DNA of 49,910 nucleotides from positions 57,682,334 through 57,732,243 of the forward strand of contig NC_068984.1 of NCBI RefSeq assembly GCF_001194135.2, given 5' to 3'. This DNA comes from Octopus bimaculoides. Lineage: Eukaryota. The notes under the pieces are model-generated. The model made no database searches. It was given only the letters and a program-made list of their open reading frames with translations, and was not told the DNA's origin. A program made the translations under genes and the position numbers. Shown in pieces: positions 42,311 to 49,910 of this stretch (positions are counted from its first letter, which is position 1; the number at the start of each line of letters is the position of its first letter).

Positions 42311-42409
42311 AAGAGTTTCGCAAGTCCTCTAAGGACTAGATCTCGCCAAAGTTACAGCAAAGCTTGCAAACAATGCATTCAGAGTCATCGTGAGTTAATT
42401 TAGAGGAAG

Positions 42410-42600
42410 GGGAATAAGTAAAATCGGTAGAGCGTCCGATGCAATACCTTGTTACATTTAGTCATGTCCTTTCACATTCTGAGTTCAAATCTCAACGAAG
42501 GTAACTTTGCCTTGCGTCTTTCTAGTGTCGATAAAATGAAGTACCAGTCAACTACTGGATTTATTTGAGCGATTGTACCTTCCCACACTGATTTCTAACA
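42410..42600 (+). mobile_element. SINE family B, diverged
   Basis: ttctgagttcaaatctc...actttgccttgcgtc...gtcgataaaatgaagtaccagtc. Confidence 0.65.
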
Positions 42601-42763
42601 TCGACCTCGAGTCGATGTTAGAAATCAGTATTGAAGACAGTACATCGATCTGTCGGAAATGGCATCTACATTTCCCTCAAATTACTCCTTATTGTCTTGA
42701 AAAAAGAAAGAAAACAATGGACAATGCAGTCTCCGATAGCCAGGCAGATAGGATGTTTTGAAG

Positions 42764-42871
42764 CCCTAAACCTAAACCCTAAACCGTAACCCTAATTTTG
42801 GCACTAACCCTAATCCTAACCAAGATCAAGTCATTTCACAGCGTAGGCTTTGGATACTGCGGTAGACCGCA
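42764..42871 (+). repeat. Degenerate (CCCTAA)-like tract followed by a short hairpin
   Basis: ccctaaa cctaaa ccctaaa ccgtaa ccctaa ... taaccctaatcctaacc (42764-42821); TGCGGT-ag-ACCGCA at 42858-42871. Confidence 0.65.
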
Positions 42872-43119
42872 CGCTAAAGTAACATTCACATGTCTGCTTG
42901 AGCAAGGCAAATGTTGAACTAAACAAAAACAATAGTTAGTATAGTTACTATTACTATTCATTGGGCTCTGTTTTATACAGATGTTTGAATTAAATATAAT
43001 GTTATAGAGAAGTTTAATATTCTACTGCGAAGAAGTCAAAATTAAATTGTTTAGAATGTAGCGGTGATTCGAAACCGAATCCCTTAGATACGCAGTCAGG
43101 CATCACGCACAAACCACCA

Positions 43120-43320
43120 TAGTTTCACGTGATCGGTCTATTAACCGACCAATCAGCGTGAAGGGATGTCGTAGACAAGTTTTTCTCGAACATTCTAGAA
43201 TTTGGTTTCCGGTTCCCTATTAAAAACCATTCGACGCGCATTTTTAGAGCCAGACGGCTCAGGAAGACGACCAAGACAGACAGCTCGCACAAATGACAAA
43301 GAACATCCGTCGCCATGAAG
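43120..43320 (+). promoter_or_regulatory. Candidate Pol II promoter (CpG-rich; E-box, CCAAT/NF-Y, ETS-like, TATA-like)
   Basis: CACGTG 43126-43131, GACCAATCAG 43147-43156, TTCCGG 43207-43212, TATTAAAA 43218-43225; about 18 CpG in about 260 bp, counted by eye. Confidence 0.35.
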
Positions 43321-44222
43321 ATAGTGCAATTGATTTCAGATACGTTGGACAAACTGCATGTCGCCATACCAACAGCGTTCTGGAAATCTCAGAGCAGTAT
43401 CCCTCATCCAGTCTGTAGTTATTGCTGTTGTTAACTGTAAATGGCCAATGCAGTTTGTCTTTATGTGCGACAATAAATTTTACCGTTAAATTTTCGAGGG
43501 CGTTGTTCAGTTACTTCACGCAGCCAAGAAACATATTTTCATTCATTAATTCAACCAGCTACCTAGCAACATCGACGAAACATCATAATAATATTATCCG
43601 TAACAGGAACAATATTCTTTTTCGTAGTTTTATAATTCAAAAGAAAAGTATAATGAAGAAAGATGACAAAATGTGATATTGATATATAGTTTATTTAGTG
43701 ATGCCATGGAAGTGTTGAAGTTAAATTATTCGTGCAGAAAGAAGGAAGTTTCAAAGTAATGTAATTCTAAGAAAGATCACTGAAGTTATTTGGTCTTAGA
43801 ATTAAAAGGAATATTTTAAGGCTTCCAGCAGGTAATATTAATTTCTTATGAAACCTGTGAACTATACTGAAAGATTTTGGTTATATTATGGAAATAGATA
43901 ATTGCTTTTCTTTTCAGGCAAATACCTTAACAATATAATTCACCAAGCACCACATTTTCAAAAGTATTACTTTGCATATGGGATTTAAATTATTTGTATA
44001 ATTATGGTATATCACATTAAGTGAAAAATAGACTCGTTAAGTGGACATTTCTAAAGGTACTCAGTGGTTCACTGCATTTTAGACACCGAGAGTCACAAGG
44101 GAATATCTTTGACTCGATATTGAACAAATATCTCGATGGACTTCGTTCGGAAAGCTCCAATTTTGGGCTTTTTTTCACCGATGTTTATGGACGAAACGCA
44201 TGCCTACATGTACATACGTATA

Positions 44223-44430
<208 letters not shown>

Positions 44431-45119
44431 TATAACAACCATGTACATATAGGCCCCATAAATACATTTTAGACATGTTTAAATAAAGTTTAGTTTGCTT
44501 AAAAAGCAAACGATGCATGACCATAGTCAAATGAAAAAGAAATTAAACGAAAAGAATGAATTTTTGATGCGCCTTACAAATAAGTTATATATTGTTGATG
44601 GGGGTGTAATCACGAACAAACTAAAAATACTTGATGCGTATATATGAATCTGTAGTCAAATTAATAATAACATTTACCAAAACAACTAACGTCTGTCAAT
44701 AGAACAATACTTACTCTATCATTAGATGATTTTAAAACATCAATACAAATCAGAGCATATTTTTCTAAATCATTATTGCTGAATGTTATCCCTCTGTTTC
44801 AATATCGTTGCAACCCAGTGCTCAAGAATTCAGCAAGATGTAACAATATAAATAATTATTGATATTGAAGTTATCATGCATGCCATAGTTTCCAGTAATA
44901 CCAGCTAGGAAAGTCCTGCTTTTCGACGACAATTTGTATGGTAAAAGAAAAATAATAACAACAGACAAGAGGTTTGTGTGATAGCACAGAAATATGTGAT
45001 CTTATAGGAATGTAGATAGCCTACATACACTAAAAATTAATGCACTGTCACTGATATAGGCTTTTTTATATGGATTGGTCTTATTTCATATATGCTAAAA
45101 ACCATTCTTTAGGTAAATT

Positions 45120-45930
45120 TTGAAAGAATTCATCAACACTTTCAATAATTCTGGTCTTAAGGTAACAATATTCATTAATTTGAAAGCGGTTAATTTCTTA
45201 ATGTTATTTTCACTCTAATCATTGATAAGCATAAAGTATATAATTAAATCATACAAAAATCTCACATACATTAACATAGTTTCCAGCAATCCATCCATAG
45301 TCTTCAAAAATCTTGACAAAATCTCCGGTTTGTCATCTAATAAATAAACCTCTGATATAGCTTCACCCTATTTAACTCACTAGAAGCTAACAGTCATTAA
45401 GATACAAATACATATAGTCCAATAATGTCTTGTTTAGGCTTCCCTTTTAAAATAACATACAAAAAAAATCTTAGCTTTAATTACCAAGTATTCCCTGCCA
45501 ACTGTCATTACATTAAAATTAAGCTTCAGCTGCACCACTAATATGAAAAAATTGCGAACAACCCAATAAAACGAACAGAGGTATATTGTTCATGCAGAAA
45601 CACTAATTTATGTCCTCTTAATTAGTGAAGCAATGCTGAAGCAATTATCTAAGATTGCACAGGCCATATCAAGCAAAAACTCAGTTACTGAGTATAAATT
45701 TTATGTCGCTATGATGGAAGGTAAATTTAAACACTAATTCTACAACCATACCTACTCGTTTAGAAATGTCGGAAACAGAGATGTAACTAAATTATCCAGT
45801 TCTGTTTGAACATTGAAATAACGTCGTATTGCATTCCTCACCAAAGAGAAAATTGTGAACACATTCAAATGAATTTTGTGAATTGTGCAGTTCGGAAGAA
45901 AATCTCGTTAATAGAAAAGTTAATAACTCC
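45120..45930 (+). mobile_element. Decayed PLE (RT thumb to EN), Nematis-like
   Basis: INTFNNSGLKVTIFINLKAVNFL, YINIVSSNPSIVFKNL, LKLSFSCTTNMKK, LCPL, FYVAMMEGKFKH*FYNHTYSFRN, TKLS, in the same order as in 21470-23060. Confidence 0.7.
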
Positions 45931-47720
45931 GTTTATTATTTCTATTTAATAAAAGTCAGACCTTTCAGAAAGCACCTTTTAGATAACTGGAAAAGTACAC
46001 GATCACCAGGGTAAAAAGATATATTATATAGTGGTATTTCACAGAAGTGAATATATTATATCTCTTTTTCCGTTCGTTTACAATTTAATTTCCATGACCA
46101 ATCACATTCAATCAACTAACATAACAAACACATCTCACATAACTTAAGTATAACCATGAAAGTAAATACACTCACATCATCTATGATGTTCTGCCTGAGA
46201 ACGTTTTATTTTATTTATTTATCTTTTTTTATTTATTTACATACCTCCTGCAAAATATATTAAGCTCTTTTCTCTATGATAGTGCGGTCGACTTTTCTTG
46301 TTTTAAACTATATGGCGAATATATATATATATATATATANNNNNNNNNNNNNNNNNNNNNNNNNNNNNNTATATATTGGATTTGGAAAGTCAAAGGCTCT
46401 ATTCAAAAGAGGTTTTCAATCTAATATTTACATGCTGTTATTTATAACTTTATGTGCTTCAAGATCCAATGTTGCAAAAGAGAAATATTTCACGTTCTCT
46501 CGAAAGTTTACAAAATTCTTATGACACCAACACACGCGTGCGCACATACATACATACATACATGCATGCATGCATGTGTGTGTGTGTGTGCATTTGCAGT
46601 AGAATCGAACTTGAAACCATTTACTTCTGAAGTGAAGCGAATTTCTTACCCACATAACTATGTCTCTGCAATTTCTCTTCCATTTGCTATTAATGCGATC
46701 CAAACCTAGAATCTAGCCATAAGTTGCATTATCCCTAAAAGTTTCTTTTGATTCTTTTGACCAGTTAATTTTCTTCCTCCACAAGTTATGCATAGTTTTT
46801 GATTTAACGTCAGTAAACGTACATATTTGATAAATTTCGCATAAGAGACCAACTGCGTGATGTTTTGTTTGATACAGAATTAAGTCAATATGCTGAGTGA
46901 ACATATGTGAATTTATTTCAGAGCTACGATTAGTTGGTTTATTTTTAACACGATTATTTCCATGAGTTATTGACACAATGTGGACAGAGTTAATGGGGAG
47001 ACATTTTTGGATAGTCGAGATTGATTATAACAAGAAAATTTCTACTTTTTTGGAAATCACCAGTGTAACAATTTGATTAAGTTGAGAGATGGATGCAAGA
47101 ACATGAAGTTCGTGTGGAATTAATGCGCAAAAAATGTTTCGTCATTACAGCCAACCACACAAAATAAATATTTACGCCAAGTTAAATAGTTCGCATGAGT
47201 TTAGCAGCTAGCATATTGGGTAGATGATTTACTTAGTATCACTAGAATCACGAGAAAGGTTTAAAAGCTGAGTTGACAATACTACTGCTATCAGAAAAAG
47301 GATCAATGCATATATATCGACGCAAACTATTCAACATCTGGCGAGAAATCGAAAAACTGGTGACACTTTTCCATTCAGAAAATCAGTGATTGGCTTGTTG
47401 AACACTGAAATCAACGATGATGTAGTCTCACATTGCGATATAAAATTAATAAATGAACTAACTAATGAATCAATCGTTAGGCTGGTTAACTAGATATTTA
47501 AACTTGTGTGAATATATTCATACACGTTTGTCGCCGGCCCATATACATATATACACATGTACACACACTTAAGCCAGATTATTGTTGTCTTCCTTGTCAT
47601 CCTTGGCTCTACCCACTTCCTTCCGGTCATTTCAACATGTGCAACCGTTAATCCAGACACTTTTTTTCTCTCTGCTTTTTTTTTTTTTTCCATCTCATCA
47701 TCTATTTTCTCTCCTCATTC

Positions 47721-47756
47721 CTTTCTGTAGAAAAGTGTAGGCTTGAAACGTCAAAG
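47721..47756 (+). ncRNA. Hammerhead-like motif, core variant (A6>U)
   Basis: CTTT-CTGTAGA-A-AAGT[gtag]GCTT-GAA-ACGT-C-AAAG. Stems I and II pair and stem III is ACGT; the core deviates at position 6. Confidence 0.5.
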
Positions 47757-48455
47757 ACTCTTCCATTTGTCCTGAGCTTCAAACAATTGCACTTTGTTGT
47801 TCTGTTGCCTTTTGCTTTTCGTTTTTAAGTTTGTTTTTCTTTGTAAATTTTGAACCATATATAATATACGCTCAGGTGATCACTGCAGTTTGATTCTAGC
47901 TGATTGAACTTCCTCCTCTCTAGAACCCTCATCTCCTTTCCTACCTACTCGGAACTTTGCCACCTCTCTTGAGCCACTCTATCAACACTTCACCCAGATT
48001 ACCATTGGAATGTCATACTTCTTCGATTCTACTATCATGGATCTTACTGTAATATTGGTATAATGACTCTCCCAAGACAACAAAATTTGTTTCAACACAC
48101 GAACTCACATAAAATATCTTGCAAACCAGATACGCAAACGAAGTATATGTGTATACATACATATATANNNNNNNNNNNNNNNNNNNNNNNNNNNNNNNNN
48201 NNNNNNNNNNNNNNNNNNNNNNNNNNNNNNNNNNNNNNNNNNNNNNNNNNNNNNNNNNNNNNNNNNNNNNNNNNNNNNNNNNNNNNNNNNNNNNNNNNNN
48301 NNNNNNNNNNNNNNNNNNNNNNNNNNNNNNNNNNNNNNNNNNNNNNNNNNNNNNNNNNNNNNNNNNNNNNNNNNNNNNNNNNNNNNNNNNNNNNNNNNNN
48401 NNNNNNNNNNNNNNNNNNNNNNNNNNNNNNNNNNNNNNNNNNNNNNNNNNNNNNN

Positions 48456-48510
<55 letters not shown>

Positions 48511-48683
48511 CATACATATACATATACATACATGCATACATACATATATACATACACACATACATACATAATATATATATATCATGTATGTGTGTGTGTG
48601 TATAATTAATTTCTTTAAAAGACCCATGAGGACGTAGCACATGCAAGGTATTAATAAGACGCTCATAGAAGGAAGAGAGTGGT

Positions 48684-48720
48684 TGTTTTACGTTTCGAGC
48701 ATAGCTCTTCTTCGGAAACA
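48684..48720 (-). ncRNA. Hammerhead-like motif, core variant (U4>C)
   Basis: Minus strand: TGTTT-CCGAAGA-A-GAGC[tat]GCTC-GAA-ACGT-A-AAACA. Perfect 5-bp stem I and 4-bp stem II. Confidence 0.6.
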
Positions 48721-48814
48721 GGAAACATAGGAAAAAACCAAACGAAAAGGAAGAAAGCGGTAAAAATCGCCAACAGTCTACGTGTAGTTAATCAACATCT
48801 TCTATGTTTGCTTT

Positions 48815-48990
48815 CCATACGAACATGGGTTGGATAGTTTGACAGGATCAAATTGGAAAACCATATCTTGCCCCAATGTCACAGTTCGGCATACTTCCTA
48901 TAGCTGAATGCCCTTCCTAACATCGAACAATTTACAAAATATATTGGGTGCATCTTTTTTCAAGACGCCAACATTATAGCGGTTGTCTTA
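48815..48990 (-). mobile_element. Family D element, antisense, diverged
   Basis: gctgaatgcccttcctaacatcgaac is a reverse-complement match to the gttaagaaggggatccagctg block at about 9808-9830. Confidence 0.5.
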
Positions 48991-49167
48991 CCCTCAGCAA
49001 GACTAAAAAGTTTTTTCAACTTCAATCAATTTTCCAACGACTTTATGTATATCATTATTGTTTATATAGCGTCATTTGTAATTCAATCATATGTATGCCT
49101 AAAATGCTTGAGCTTTCTGTATGTGTGTCTGTGAGTTGCATTTATGGCAAATAAAGAAATCATAACT

Positions 49168-49212
<45 letters not shown>

Positions 49213-49268
49213 GCTGCTGCTGCTGCTACTGCTGCTGTTGCTGCTGCTGTTGTTGTTGTTGTTGTTGT
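49168..49268. repeat. (GTT)n/(GCT)n compound trinucleotide tract
   Basis: Directly visible. Confidence 0.95.
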
Positions 49269-49490
49269 TAGGGCAGCGAGCTAGCAGAATCGTTAGTACG
49301 CCGGGCGAACTGCTTAGCGGTATTTCGTCTGCTGTTGCGTTCTGAGTTCAAATTCCGCTGAGGTCGACTTTGCCTTTCATCCTTTCGGGGTTGATAAATT
49401 AAGTACCAATGAAACACTGGGGTCGATGTAATCAACTATTCCCTCCTCCAAATTTCAGGACTTCTGCTTTTGTAGAAAGGATTATTATTA
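49269..49490 (+). mobile_element. SINE family B
   Basis: ggcagcgagctagcagaatcgttag...gagttcaaattccgctgaggtcgactttgcc... Confidence 0.88.
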
Positions 49491-49598
49491 TCATTTTCAT
49501 AAACACACAACAGATTAGACTGCTGGAAAAGAAAAAATCCTGACTTCGGGCTACAAGTAACCTTAGATGCCTGAGTATCCTAGCTGCCCCTAATAACA

Positions 49599-49601
<3 letters not shown>

Positions 49602-49663
<62 letters not shown>
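49602..49663. repeat. (TTA)n microsatellite
   Basis: Directly visible. Confidence 0.97.
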
Positions 49664-49910
49664 GTTCAGTAGGTGTATTTTTATAACGTGCTTTCACTTC
49701 ACTACCGAGCGCAGCTCTGTGCGCCTTGGGTATGTGCTGTGGTTTGCTGTGGTGTTCTTATGGTTACTGTATTGAAAGTGTTTTGCGTAGGATGTGTGCA
49801 GTACCCAGTAGTGCAATTTTCTGTATGTTATATATATTTGTAAGTCCTGGTGTTTTTGTTATGTATTTGTCTGAATATTTTTTTATTATACCTAAGGCAC
49901 CTACTATGAT
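49664..49910 (-). mobile_element. 3' end of an RLE-type non-LTR retrotransposon (R4/Dong-like)
   Basis: Minus frame 49910-49764 reads IIVGALGIIKKYSDKYITKTPGLTNIYNIQKIALLGTAHILRKTLSIQ*, matching the RLE C-terminal P++xGxLG...QKxxLLGTAxILR pattern; a short 3' UTR then (TAA)n. Confidence 0.8.

Overview
Eukaryotic, AT-rich, microsatellite-dense genomic DNA with ten N-gaps. The repeat families and composition suggest an octopus/coleoid cephalopod (inference, not proven). One host gene is clear: a 5'-partial, + strand class B1 (secretin family, calcitonin/CGRP-receptor-like) GPCR. Nine coding exons from TM1 to the stop were joined by hand into one open frame (1951-2042, 4019-4169, 6525-6675, 11409-11469, 13547-13613, 16218-16300, 24699-24819, 27246-27287, 37384-37641); one intron is GC-AG. 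The rest is mostly retroelements: an antisense Ty3/Gypsy provirus with two LTRs in the last intron, Penelope-like elements (PLEs) resembling three clades (Poseidon-, Neptune- and Nematis-like), several tRNA-derived SINE families, MITEs, decayed pogo/Tc1 and RTE fragments, and an R4/Dong-like LINE 3' end on a (TAA)n tract. The most notable structure is a module of tRNA-like Pol III head + (AAY)n + minimal hammerhead ribozyme. It appears to belong to the pseudo-LTR of the Poseidon-like PLE, occurs also as a free-standing insert inside the Gypsy, and its ribozyme overlaps the only in-frame ATG-led N-terminus of the PLE ORF. Two further hammerhead-like variants occur near 47.7 and 48.7 kb.
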